From: Antedon mediterranea
Lineage: Eukaryota > Animalia > Echinodermata
NCBI RefSeq assembly: GCF_964355755.1
Contig: NC_092679.1
Span: 9,082,201 to 9,146,200 of the forward strand
Length of the DNA: 64,000 nucleotides
Reading direction: 5' to 3'
The position numbers and the translations under genes are program-made. Of the stretch, positions 1 to 12,700 are shown piece after piece (position 1 is the stretch's first letter; the number at the start of each line of letters is the position of its first letter). The notes beneath the pieces were generated by a model that saw only the letters and a program-made list of their open reading frames with translations, was not told the DNA's origin and did no database searches.

Positions 1-24
1 AAGCTATTCTGTACACTTTGATGT

Positions 25-205
25 TTTGTGTGAAAATTTTCTTTCGAAATGCTCAAAATGGTCAAAAACGTTTTTAAATACGATATTAAGCTACTTTGTG
101 CTCTTTGATGTTTTTGTGTGAAATGTTTTATCGAAATGCTCAAAATGGTCTAAAACGGTTTCTAATGTGATTTCAAGCACTTTGATGTTTTTGTGTAACC
201 AAGTT
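25..205 (+). repeat. Diverged cassette type A (first copy; about 46 copies in the window, about 19 forward and 27 reverse)
   Basis: GTGTGAAAATTTTCT(T/G)TCGAAATGCTCAAAATGGTCAAAAACGTTTTTAAATACGATATTAAGCTACTTTGTGCTC...GAAATGTTTTATCGAAATGCTC...AAACGGTTTCTAATGTGATTTCAAGCAC...GTGTAACCAAG. It includes a monomer shortened by about 10 bp. Copy counts are by eye. Confidence 0.93.
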
Positions 206-3200
206 TTTCGAAAATCACAAAATTATCTAAAACGTCTCCAAATGCGATTTGAAGCTATTCTGTACACTTTGATGTTTTTATGTTAACAAGTTTTTCGAAA
301 ATCACAAAATGGTCTAAAACGTCTCCAAATGCGATTTGAAGCTATTCTGTACACTTTGATGTTTTTATGTTAACAAGTTTTTCGAAAATCACAAAATGGT
401 CTAAAACGTCTCTAAATGCGATTTGAAACTTTTCTGTACACTTTGATGTTTTTATGTTAACAACTTTTTTCGAAAATCACAAAATGGTCTAAAATGTCTC
501 CAAATGCGATTTGAAGCTATTCTAAGCACTTTGATGTTTTTATGTTACCAAGTTTTTTCGAAAATCACAAAATGGTCTAAAACGTCTCCAATAGCGATTT
601 TAAGCTATTCTGTACACTTTGATGTTTTTATGTTAACAAGTTTTTCGAAAATCACAAAATGGTCTAAAACGTCTCCAAATGCGATTTTAAGCTATTCTAA
701 GCACTTTGGTGTTTTTATGTTAACAAGTTTTTTTGAAAATCACAAAATGGTCTAAAACGTCTCTAAATGCGATTTGAAGCTTTTCTGTACACTTTGATGT
801 TTTTATGTTAACAACTTTTTTCGAAAATCACAAAATGGTCTAAAATGTCTCCAAATGCGATTTGAAGCTATTCTAAGCACTTTGGTGTTTTTATGGAAAC
901 AATTTTTTTCGAAAATCACAAAATGGTCTAAAACGTCTCCAATAGCGATTTGAAGCTTTTCTGTACACTTTGGTGTTTTTATGTTAACAAGTTTTTTCGA
1001 AAATCACAAAATGGTCTAAAACGTCTCCAAATGCGATTTGAAGCTAATCTGTACACTTTGATGTTTTTATGTTAACAAGTTTTTTCGAAAATCACAAAAT
1101 GGTCTAAAACGTTTCCAAATGCGATTTGAAGCTTTTCTTTACACTTTGGTGTTTTTATGTTAACAAGTTTTTTCGAAAATCACAAAATGGTCTAAAACGT
1201 CTCCAAATGCGATTTGAAGCTATTCTGTACACTTTGATGTTTTTATGTTAACAAGTTTTTTCGAAGATCACAAAATGGTCTAAAACGTCTACAAATGCAA
1301 TTTGAAGCTATTCTAAGCACTTTTGTGTTTTTATGTTAACAAGTTTTTTCGAAAATCACAAAATGGTCTAAAACGTCTGCAAATGCGATTTTAAACTATT
1401 CTTAGCACATGGGTGTTTTTATTTAAACAAATTTTTTCGAAACTCACAAAATGGTCTAAAACGTCTCCAAATGCGATTTGAAGCTATTTTAAGCACTTTG
1501 GTGTTTTTGTGTTAACAAGTTTTTCGAAATGCTCAAAATGGTCTAAAACGTTTTTAAACACGATATTAAGCTATTTTGTGCTCTTTGGTGTTTTTTTGTG
1601 AAAAGTTTTAGCAAAATGCTCAAAATGGTCTAAAACGATTTCTAATGTGATTTTAAGCACTTTGATGTTTTTATGTTAACTAGTTTTTTCGAAAATCACA
1701 AAATGGTCTAAAACGTCTCCAAATGCGATTTGAAGCTATTTTAAGCACTTAAGTGCTTTTGTGTAACCAAGTTTTTTTGAAAATCACAAAAGGGTCTAAA
1801 ATGTCTCCAAATGTGATTTGAAGCTATTTTAAGCACTTTGGTGTTTTTGTGTTAACAAGTTTTTCGGAAATCACCAAATTGTCTAAAACGTCTCCAAATG
1901 CGATTTGAAGCTATTCTGTACACTTTGATGTTTTTATGTTAACAAGTTTTTTAGAAAATCACAAAATGGTCTAAAACATCTCCAAATGCGATTTAAAGCT
2001 ATTTTAAGCACTTTGGTGTTTTTATGTTAACAAGTTTTTTCGAAAATCACAAAATGGTCTAAAACGTCTCCAAATGCGATTTGAAGCTATTTTAAGCACT
2101 TGGGTGTTTTTGTGTTAACAAGTTTTTCGAAATGCTCAAAATGGTCTAAAACGTTTCCAAATGCGATTTGAAGCTATTCTGTACACTTTGATGTTTTGTG
2201 TGAAAATTTTCTGTCGAAATGCTCAAAATGGTCAAAAACGTTTTTAAAAACGATATTAAGCTACTTTGTGCTCTTTGATGTTTTTGTGTGAAATGTTTTA
2301 TCGAAATGCTCAAAATGGTCTAAAACGGTTTCTAATGTGATTTCAAGCACTTTGATGTTTTTGTGTAACCAAGTTTTTCGAAAATCACAAAATTGTCTAA
2401 AACGTCTCCAAATGCGATTTGAAGCTATTCTGTACTCTTTGATGTTTTTATGTTAACAAGTTTTTCGAAAATCACAAAATGGTCTAAAACGTCTCCAAAT
2501 GCGATTTTAAGCTATTCTAAGCACTTTGGTGTTTTTATGTTAACAAGTTTTTTTGAAATCACAAAATGGTCTAAAACGTCTCTAAATGAGATTTGAAGCT
2601 TTTCTGTACATTTTGATGTTTTTATGTTAACAAGTTTTTTCGAAAATCACAAAATGGTCTAAAATGTCTCCAAATGCGATTTGAAGCTATTCTAAGCACT
2701 TTGGTGTTTTTATGGAAACAATTTTTTTCGAAAATCACAAAATGGTCTAAAACGTCTCCAAATGTGATTTGAAGCTATTCTGTACACTTTGATGTTTTTA
2801 TGTTAGCAAGTTTTTTCGAAAATTACAAAATGGTCTAAAACGTCTACAAATGCGATTTGAAGCTAATCTGTACACTTTGATGTTTTTATGTTAACAAGTT
2901 TTTTCGAAAATCACAAAAGGGTCTAAAATGTCTGTAAATGCGATTTGAAGCTATTTAAAGCACTTTGGTGTTTTTAGGTTAACAAGTTTTTTCGAAAATC
3001 ACAAAATGGTCTAAAACGTCTACAAATGCGATTTGAAGCTATTCTAAGCACTTTTGTGTTTTTATGTTAACAAGTTTTTTCGAAAATCACAAAATGGTCT
3101 AAAATGTCTCCAAATGCGATTTGAAGCTATTCTAAGCACTTTGGTGTTTTTATGGAAACAATTTTTTTCGAAAATCACAAAATGGTCTAAAACGTCTCCA

Positions 3201-3730
3201 AATGTGATTTGAAGCTATTCTGTACACTTTGATGTTTTTATGTTAGCAAGTTTTTTCGAAAATCACAAAATGGTCTAAAACGTCTACAAATGCGATTTGA
3301 AGCTAATCTGTACACTTTGATGTTTTTATGTTAACAAGTTTTTTCGAAAATCACAAAAGGGTCTAAAATGTCTGTAAATGCGATTTGAAGCTATTTAAAG
3401 CACTTTGGTGTTTTTAGATTAACAAGTTTTTTCGAAAATCACAAAATGGTCTAAAACGTCTACAAATGCGATTTGAAGCTATTCTAAGCACTTTTGTGTT
3501 TTTATGTTAACAAGTTTTTTCGAAAATCACAAAATGGTCTAAAACGTCTCCAAATGCGATTTGAAGCTATTTTAAGCACTTTGGTGTTTTTGTGTTAACA
3601 AGTTTTTCGAAAATCACAAAATGGTCTAAAACGTTTCCAAATGCGATTTGAAGCTATTCTGTACACTTTGATGTTTTGTGTGAAAATTTTCTTTCGAAAT
3701 GCTCAAAATGGTCAAAAACGTTTTTAAATA
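81..3730 (+). repeat. One unit of the ~3.65 kb (42-monomer) higher-order repeat: A -17 monomers- B -8- A' -17-
   Basis: The CGATATTAAG marker lies at 81 (A), 1561 (B), 2251 (A') and 3731 (A), giving spacings of 1480, 690 and 1480 bp. The same spacings recur on the minus arm (AATATCG at 24921, 25611, 27089, 28569, 29259, 30739). Confidence 0.8.
1525..1690 (+). repeat. Diverged cassette type B, paralogous to A (first copy; about 16 copies, about 5 forward and 11 reverse)
   Basis: CGAAATGCTC...GTTTTTAAACACGATATTAAGCTATTTTGTGCTC...GTGAAAAGTTTTAGCAAAATGCTC...AAACGATTTCTAATGTGATTTTAAGCAC...GTTAACTAG. It has the same ~10-bp-shortened monomer as A. Confidence 0.92.
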
Positions 3731-6700
3731 CGATATTAAGCTACTTTGTGCTCTTTGATGTTTTTGTGTGAAATGTTTTATCGAAATGCTCAAAATGGTC
3801 TAAAACGGTTTCTAATGTGATTTCAAGCACTTTGATGTTTTTGTGTAACCAAGTTTTTCGAAAATCACAAAATTGTCTAAAACGTCTCCAAATGCGATTT
3901 GAAGCTATTCTGTACACTTTGATGTTTTTATGTTAACAAGTTTTTCGAAAATCACAAAATGGTCTAAAACGTCTCCAAATGCGATTTGAAGCTATTCTGT
4001 ACACTTTGATGTTTTTATGTTAACAAGTTCTTCGAAAATCACAAAATGGTCTAAAACGTCTCTAAATGTGATTTGAAGCTTTTCTGTACACTTTAATGTT
4101 TTTATGTTAACAACTTTTTTCGAAAATCACAAAATGGTCTAAAATGTCTCCAAATGCGATTTGAAGCTATTCTAAGCACTTTGATGTTTTTATGTTAACA
4201 AGTTTTTTCGAAAATCACAAAATGGTCTAAAACGTCTCCAATAGCGATTTTAAGCTATTCTGTACACTTTGATGTTTTTATGTTAACAAGTTTTTCGAAA
4301 ATCACAAAATGGTCTAAAACGTCTCCAAATGCGATTTTAAGCTATTCTAAGCACTTTGGTGTTTTTATGTTAACAAGTTTTTTTGAAAATCACAAAATGG
4401 TCTAAAACGTCTCTAAATGCGATTTGAAGCTTTTCTGTACACTTTGATGTTTTTATGTTAACAACTTTTTTCGAAAATCACAAAATGGTCTAAAATGTCT
4501 CCAAATGCGATTTGAAGCTATTCTAAGCACTTTTGTGTTTTTATGTTAACAAGTTTTTTCGAAAATCACAAAATGGTCTAAAACGTCTCCAAATGCGATT
4601 TGAAGCTATTTTAAGCACTTTGGTGTTTTTGTGTTAACAAGTTTTTCGAAAATCACAAAATGGTCTAAAACGTTTCCAAATGCGATTTGAAGCTATTCTG
4701 TACACTTTGATGTTTTGTGTGAAAATTTTCTTTCGAAATGCTCAAAATGGTCAAAAACGTTTTTAAATACGATATTAAGCTACTTTGTGCTCTTTGATGT
4801 TTTTGTGTGAAATGTTTTATCGAAATGCTCAAAATGGTCTAAAACGGTTTCTAATGTGATTTCAAGCACTTTGATGTTTTTGTGTAACCAAGTTTTTCGA
4901 AAATCACAAAATTATCTAAAACGTCTCCAAATGCGATTTGAAGCTATTCTGTACACTTTGATGTTTTTATGTTAACAAGTTTTTCGAAAATCACAAAATG
5001 GTCTAAAACGTCTCCAAATGCGATTTGAAGCTATTCTGTACACTTTGATGTTTTTATGTTAACAAGTTTTTCGAAAATCACAAAATGGTCTAAAACGTCT
5101 CTAAATGCGATTTGAAACTTTTCTGTACACTTTGATGTTTTTATGTTAACAACTTTTTTCGAAAATCACAAAATGGTCTAAAATGTCTCCAAATGCGATT
5201 TGAAGCTATTCTAAGCACTTTGATGTTTTTATGTTACCAAGTTTTTTCGAAAATCACAAAATGGTCTAAAACGTCTCCAATAGCGATTTTAAGCTATTCT
5301 GTACACTTTGATGTTTTTATGTTAACAAGTTTTTCGAAAATCACAAAATGGTCTAAAACGTCTCCAAATGCGATTTTAAGCTATTCTAAGCACTTTGGTG
5401 TTTTTATGTTAACAAGTTTTTTTGAAAATCACAAAATGGTCTAAAACGTCTCTAAATGCGATTTGAAGCTTTTCTGTACACTTTGATGTTTTTATGTTAA
5501 CAACTTTTTTCGAAAATCACAAAATGGTCTAAAATGTCTCCAAATGCGATTTGAAGCTATTCTAAGCACTTTGGTGTTTTTATGGAAACAATTTTTTTCG
5601 AAAATCACAAAATGGTCTAAAACGTCTCCAATAGCGATTTGAAGCTTTTCTGTACACTTTGGTGTTTTTATGTTAACAAGTTTTTTCGAAAATCACAAAA
5701 TGGTCTAAAACGTCTCCAAATGCGATTTGAAGCTAATCTGTACACTTTGATGTTTTTATGTTAACAAGTTTTTTCGAAAATCACAAAATGGTCTAAAACG
5801 TTTCCAAATGCGATTTGAAGCTTTTCTTTACACTTTGGTGTTTTTATGTTAACAAGTTTTTTCGAAAATCACAAAATGGTCTAAAACGTCTCCAAATGCG
5901 ATTTGAAGCTATTCTGTACACTTTGATGTTTTTATGTTAACAAGTTTTTTCGAAGATCACAAAATGGTCTAAAACGTCTACAAATGCAATTTGAAGCTAT
6001 TCTAAGCACTTTTGTGTTTTTATGTTAACAAGTTTTTTCGAAAATCACAAAATGGTCTAAAACGTCTGCAAATGCGATTTTAAACTATTCTTAGCACATG
6101 GGTGTTTTTATTTAAACAAATTTTTTCGAAACTCACAAAATGGTCTAAAACGTCTCCAAATGCGATTTGAAGCTATTTTAAGCACTTTGGTGTTTTTGTG
6201 TTAACAAGTTTTTCGAAATGCTCAAAATGGTCTAAAACGTTTTTAAACACGATATTAAGCTATTTTGTGCTCTTTGGTGTTTTTTTGTGAAAAGTTTTAG
6301 CAAAATGCTCAAAATGGTCTAAAACGATTTCTAATGTGATTTTAAGCACTTTGATGTTTTTATGTTAACTAGTTTTTTCGAAAATCACAAAATGGTCTAA
6401 AACGTCTCCAAATGCGATTTGAAGCTATTTTAAGCACTTAAGTGCTTTTGTGTAACCAAGTTTTTTTGAAAATCACAAAAGGGTCTAAAATGTCTCCAAA
6501 TGTGATTTGAAGCTATTTTAAGCACTTTGGTGTTTTTGTGTTAACAAGTTTTTCGGAAATCACCAAATTGTCTAAAACGTCTCCAAATGCGATTTGAAGC
6601 TATTCTGTACACTTTGATGTTTTTATGTTAACAAGTTTTTTAGAAAATCACAAAATGGTCTAAAACATCTCCAAATGCGATTTAAAGCTATTTTAAGCAC

Positions 6701-9700
6701 TTTGGTGTTTTTATGTTAACAAGTTTTTTCGAAAATCACAAAATGGTCTAAAACGTCTCCAAATGCGATTTGAAGCTATTTTAAGCACTTTGGTGTTTTT
6801 GTGTTAACAAGTTTTTCGAAATGCTCAAAATGGTCTAAAACGTTTCCAAATGCGATTTGAAGCTATTCTGTACACTTTGATGTTTTGTGTGAAAATTTTC
6901 TGTCGAAATGCTCAAAATGGTCAAAAACGTTTTTAAATACGATATTAAGCTACTTTGTGCTCTTTGATGTTTTTGTGTGAAATGTTTTATCGAAATGCTC
7001 AAAATGGTCTAAAACGGTTTCTAATGTGATTTCAAGCACTTTGATGTTTTTGTGTAACCAAGTTTTTCGAAAATCACAAAATTGTCTAAAACGTCTCCAA
7101 ATGCGATTTGAAGCTATTCTGTACTCTTTGATGTTTTTATGTTAACAAGTTTTTCGAAAATCACAAAATGGTCTAAAACGTCTCCAAATGCGATTTTAAG
7201 CTATTCTAAGCACTTTGGTGTTTTTATGTTAACAAGTTTTTTTGAAATCACAAAATGGTCTAAAACGTCTCTAAATGAGATTTGAAGCTTTTCTGTACAT
7301 TTTGATGTTTTTATGTTAACAAGTTTTTTCGAAAATCACAAAATGGTCTAAAATGTCTCCAAATGCGATTTGAAGCTATTCTAAGCACTTTGGTGTTTTT
7401 ATGGAAACAATTTTTTTCGAAAATCACAAAATTGTCTAAAACGTCTCCAAATGCGATTTGAAGCTATTCTGTACACTTTGATGTTTTTATGTTAACAAGT
7501 TTTTCGAAAATCACAAAATGGTCTAAAACGTCTCCAAATGCGATTTGAAGCTATTCTGTAAACTTTGATGTTTTTATGTTAACAAGTTTTTTCGAAAATC
7601 ACAAAATGGTCTAAAACGTCTCTAAATGCGATTTGAAGCTTTTCTGTACACTTTGATGTTTTTATGTTAACAACTTTTTTCGAAAATCACAAAAGGGTCT
7701 AAAATGTCTGTAAATGCGATTTGAAGCTATTCTAAGCACTTTGATGTTTTTATGTTACCAAGTTTTTTCGAAAATCACAAAATGGTCTAAAACGTCTACA
7801 AATGCGATTTGAAGCTATTCTAAGCACTTTTGTGTTTTTATGTTAACAAGTTTTTTCGAAAATCACAAAATGGTCTAAAATGTCTCCAAATGCGATTTGA
7901 AGCTATTCTAAGCACTTTGGTGTTTTTATGGAAACAATTTTTTTCGAAAATCACAAAATCGTCTAAAACGTCTCCAAATGTGATTTGAAGCTATTCTGTA
8001 CACTTTGATGTTTTTATGTTAGCAAGTTTTTTCGAAAATCACAAAATGGTCTAAAACGTCTACAAATGCGATTTGAAGCTAATCTGTACACTTTGATGTT
8101 TTTATGTTAACAAGTTTTTTCGAAAATCACAAAAGGGTCTAAAATGTCTGTAAATGCGATTTGAAGCTATTTAAAGCACTTTGGTGTTTTTAGATTAACA
8201 AGTTTTTTCGAAAATCACAAAATGGTCTAAAACGTCTACAAATGCGATTTGAAGCTATTCTAAGCACTTTTGTGTTTTTATGTTAACAAGTTTTTTCGAA
8301 AATCACAAAATGGTCTAAAACGTCTCCAAATGCGATTTGAAGCTATTTTAAGCACTTTGGTGTTTTTGTGTTAACAAGTTTTTCGAAAATCACAAAATGG
8401 TCTAAAACGTTTCCAAATGCGATTTGAAGCTATTCTGTACACTTTGATGTTTTGTGTGAAAATTTTCTTTCGAAATGCTCAAAATGGTCAAAAACGTTTT
8501 TAAATACGATATTAAGCTACTTTGTGCTCTTTGATGTTTTTGTGTGAAATGTTTTATCGAAATGCTCAAAATGGTCTAAAACGGTTTCTAATGTGATTTC
8601 AAGCACTTTGATGTTTTTGTGTAACCAAGTTTTTCGAAAATCACAAAATTGTCTAAAACGTCTCCAAATGCGATTTGAAGCTATTCTGTACACTTTGATG
8701 TTTTTATGTTAACAAGTTTTTCGAAAATCACAAAATGGTCTAAAACGTCTCCAAATGCGATTTGAAGCTATTCTGTACACTTTGATGTTTTTATGTTAAC
8801 AAGTTTTTCGAAAATCACAAAATGGTCTAAAACGTCTCTAAATGCGATTTGAAGCTTTTCTGTACACTTTAATGTTTTTATGTTAACTTTTTTCGAAAAT
8901 CACAAAATGGTCTAAATTTTCTCCAAATGCGATTTGAAGCTATTCTAAGCACTTTGATGTTTTTATGTTAACAAGTTTTTTCGAAAATCACAAAATGGTC
9001 TAAAACGTCTCCAATAGCGATTTTAAGCTATTCTGTACACTTTGATGTTTTTATGTTAACAAGTTTTTCGAAAATCACAAAATGGTCTAAAACGTCTCCA
9101 AATGCGATTTTAAGCTATTCTAAGCACTTTGGTGTTTTTATGTTAACAAGTTTTTTTGAAAATCACAAAATGGTCTAAAACGTCTCTAAATGCGATTTGA
9201 AGCTTTTCTGTACACTTTGATGTTTTTATGTTAACAACTTTTTTCGAAAATCACAAAATGGTCTAAAATGTCTCCAAATGCGATTTGAAGCTATTCTAAG
9301 CACTTTGGTGTTTTTATGGAAACAATTTTTTTCGAAAATCACAAAATGGTCTAAAACGTCTCCAATAGCGATTTGAAGCTTTTCTGTACACTTTGGTGTT
9401 TTTATGTTAACAAGTTTTTTCGAAAATCACAAAATGGTCTAAAACGTCTCCAAATGCGATTTGAAGCTAATCTGTACACTTTGATGTTTTTATGTTAATA
9501 AGTTTTTTCGAAAATCACAAAATGGTCTAAAACGTTTCAAAATGCGATTTGAAGCTTTTCTTTACACTTTGGTGTTTTTATGTTAACAAGTTTTTTCGAA
9601 AATCACAAAATGGTCTAAAACGTCTCCAAATGCGATTTGAAGCTATTCTGTACACTTTGATGTTTTTATGTTAACAAGTTTTTTCGAAGATCACAAAATG

Positions 9701-12700
9701 GTCTAAAACGTCTACAAATGCAATTTGAAGCTATTCTAAACACTTTTGTGTTTTTATGTTAACAAGTTTTTTTCGAAAATCACAAAATGGTCTAAAACGT
9801 CTGCAAATGCGATTTTAAACTATTCTTAGCACATTGGTGTTTTTATTTAAACAAATTTTTTCGAAACTCACAAAATGGTCTAAAACGTCTCCAAATGCGA
9901 TTTGAAGCTATTTTAAGCACTTTGGTGTTTTTGTGTTAACAAGTTTTTCGAAATGCTCAAAATGGTCTAAAACGTTTTTAAACACGATATTAAGCTATTT
10001 TGTGCTCTTTGATGTTTTTTTGTGAAAAGTTTTATCAAAATGCTCAAAATGGTCTAAAACGATTTCTAATGTGATTTTAAGCACTTTGATGTTTTTATGT
10101 TAACTAGTTTTTTCGAAAATCACCAAATGGTCTAAAACGTCTCCAAATGCGATTTGAAGCTATTTTAAGCACTTAGGTGCTTTTGTGTAACCAAGTTTTT
10201 TTGAAAATCACAAAAGGGTCTAAAATGTCTCCAAATGTGATTTGAAGCTATTTTAAGCACTTTGGTGTTTTTGTGTTAACAAGTTTTTCGGAAATCACCA
10301 AATTGTCTAAAACGTCTCCAAATGCGATTTGAAGCTATTCTGTACACTTTGATGTTTTTATGTTAACAAGTTTTTTAGAAAATCACAAAATGGTCTAAAA
10401 CATCTCCAAATGCGATTTAAAGCTATTTTAAGCACTTTGGTGTTTTTATGTTAACAAGTTTTTTCGAAAATCACAAAATGGTCTAAAACGTCTCCAAATG
10501 CGATTTGAAGCTATTTTAAGCACTTTGGTGTTTTTGTGTTAACAAGTTTTTCGAAATGCTCAAAATGGTCTAAAACGTTTCCAAATGCGATTTGAAGCTA
10601 TTCTGTACACTTTGATGTTTTGTGTGAAAATTTTCTGTCGAAATGCTCAAAATGGTCAAAAACGTTTTTAAATACGATATTAAGCTACTTTGTGCTCTTT
10701 GATGTTTTTGTGTGAAATGTTTTATCGAAATGCTCAAAATGGTCTAAAACGGTTTCTAATGTGATTTCAAGCACTTTGATGTTTTTGTGTAACCAAGTTT
10801 TTCGAAAATCACAAAATTGTCTAAAACGTCTCCAAATGCGATTTGAAGCTATTCTGTACTCTTTGATGTTTTTATGTTAACAAGTTTTTCGAAAATCACA
10901 AAATGGTCTAAAACGTCTCCAAATGCGATTTTAAGCTATTCTAAGCACTTTGGTGTTTTTATGTTAACAAGTTTTTTTGAAATCACAAAATGGTCTAAAA
11001 CGTCTCTAAATGAGATTTGAAGCTTTTCTGTACATTTTGATGTTTTTATGTTAACAAGTTTTTTCGAAAATCACAAAATGGTCTAAAATGTCTCCAAATG
11101 CGATTTGAAGCTATTCTAAGCACTTTGGTGTTTTTATGGAAACAATTTTTTTCGAAAATCACAAAATGGTCTAAAACGTCTCCAAATGTGATTTGAAGCT
11201 ATTCTGTACACTTTGATGTTTTTATGTTAGCAAGTTTTTTCGAAAATCACAAAATGGTCTAAAACGTCTACAAATGCGATTTGAAGCTAATCTGTACACT
11301 TTGATGTTTTTATGTTAACAAGTTTTTTCGAAAATCACAAAAGGGTCTAAAATGTCTGTAAATGCTATTTGAAGCTATTTAAAGCACTTTGGTGTTTTTA
11401 GGTTAACAAGTTTTTTCGAAAATCACAAAAGGGTCTAAAATGTCTGTAAATGCGATTTGAAGCTATTTAAAGCACTTTTGTGTTTTTATGTTAACAAGTT
11501 TTTTCGAAAATCACAAAATGGTCTAAAACGTCTCCAAATGCGATTTGAAGCTATTTTAAGCACTTTGGTGTTTTTGTGTTAACAAGTTTTTCGAAAATCA
11601 CAAAATGGTCTAAAACGTTTCCAAATGCGATTTGAAGCTATTCTGTACACTTTGATGTTTTGTGTGAAAATTTTCTTTCGAAATGCTCAAAATGGTCAAA
11701 AACGTTTTTAAATACGATATTAAGCTACTTTGTGCTCTTTGATGTTTTTGTGTGAAATGTTTTATCGAAATGCTCAAAATGGTCTAAAACGGTTTCTAAT
11801 GTGATTTCAAGCACTTTGATGTTTTTGTGTAACCAAGTTTTTCGAAAATCACAAAATTGTCTAAAACGTCTCCAAATGCGATTTGAAGCTATTCTGTACA
11901 CTTTGATGTTTTTATGTTAACAAGTTTTTCGAAAATCACAAAATGGTCTAAAACGTCTCCAAATGCGATTTGAAGCTATTCTGTACACTTTGATGTTTTT
12001 ATGTTAACAAGTTTTTCGAAAATCACAAAATGGTCTAAAACGTTTCCAAATGCGATTTGAAGCTATTCTGTACACTTTGATGTTTTGTGTGAAAATTTTC
12101 TTTCGAAATGCTCAAAATGGTCAAAAACGTTTTTAAATACGATATTAAGCTACTTTGTGCTCTTTGATGTTTTTGTGTGAAATGTTTTATCGAAATGCTC
12201 AAAATGGTCTAAAACGGTTTCTAATGTGATTTCAAGCACTTTGATGTTTTTGTGTAACCAAGTTTTTCGAAAATCACAAAATTGTCTAAAACGTCTCCAA
12301 ATGCGATTTGAAGCTATTCTGTACACTTTGATGTTTTTATGTTAACAAGTTTTTCGAAAATCACAAAATGGTCTAAAACGTCTCCAAATGCGATTTGAAG
12401 CTATTCTGTACACTTTGATGTTTTTATGTTAACAAGTTTTTCGAAAATCACAAAATGGTCTAAAACGTCTCTAAATGCGATTTGAAGCTTTTCTGTACAC
12501 TTTAATGTTTTTATGTTAACAACTTTTTTCGAAAATCACAAAATGGTCTAAATTTTCTCCAAATGCGATTTGAAGCTATTCTAAGCACTTTGATGTTTTT
12601 ATGTTAACAAGTTTTTTCGAAAATCACAAAATGGTCTAAAACGTCTCCAATAGCGATTTTAAGCTATTCTGTACACTTTGATGTTTTTATGTTAACAAGT

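Larger units (their letters stand above)
1..7432 (+). repeat. Direct repeat at 4689 bp offset: 1-~2742 recurs at ~4690-7432
   Basis: Shared rare variants AATTATCTAA (221/4910), GAAACTTTTC (~425/5114) and CACATGGGTG (~1406/6095); identical ORFs at 504 and 5193. Confidence 0.88.

Noticed and set aside
292-312. CENP-B box candidate starting at TTCG
   Set aside because: The core NTTCGNNNNANNCGGGN is not met: TTCG is followed by AAAATCACAAAA, with no CGGG.
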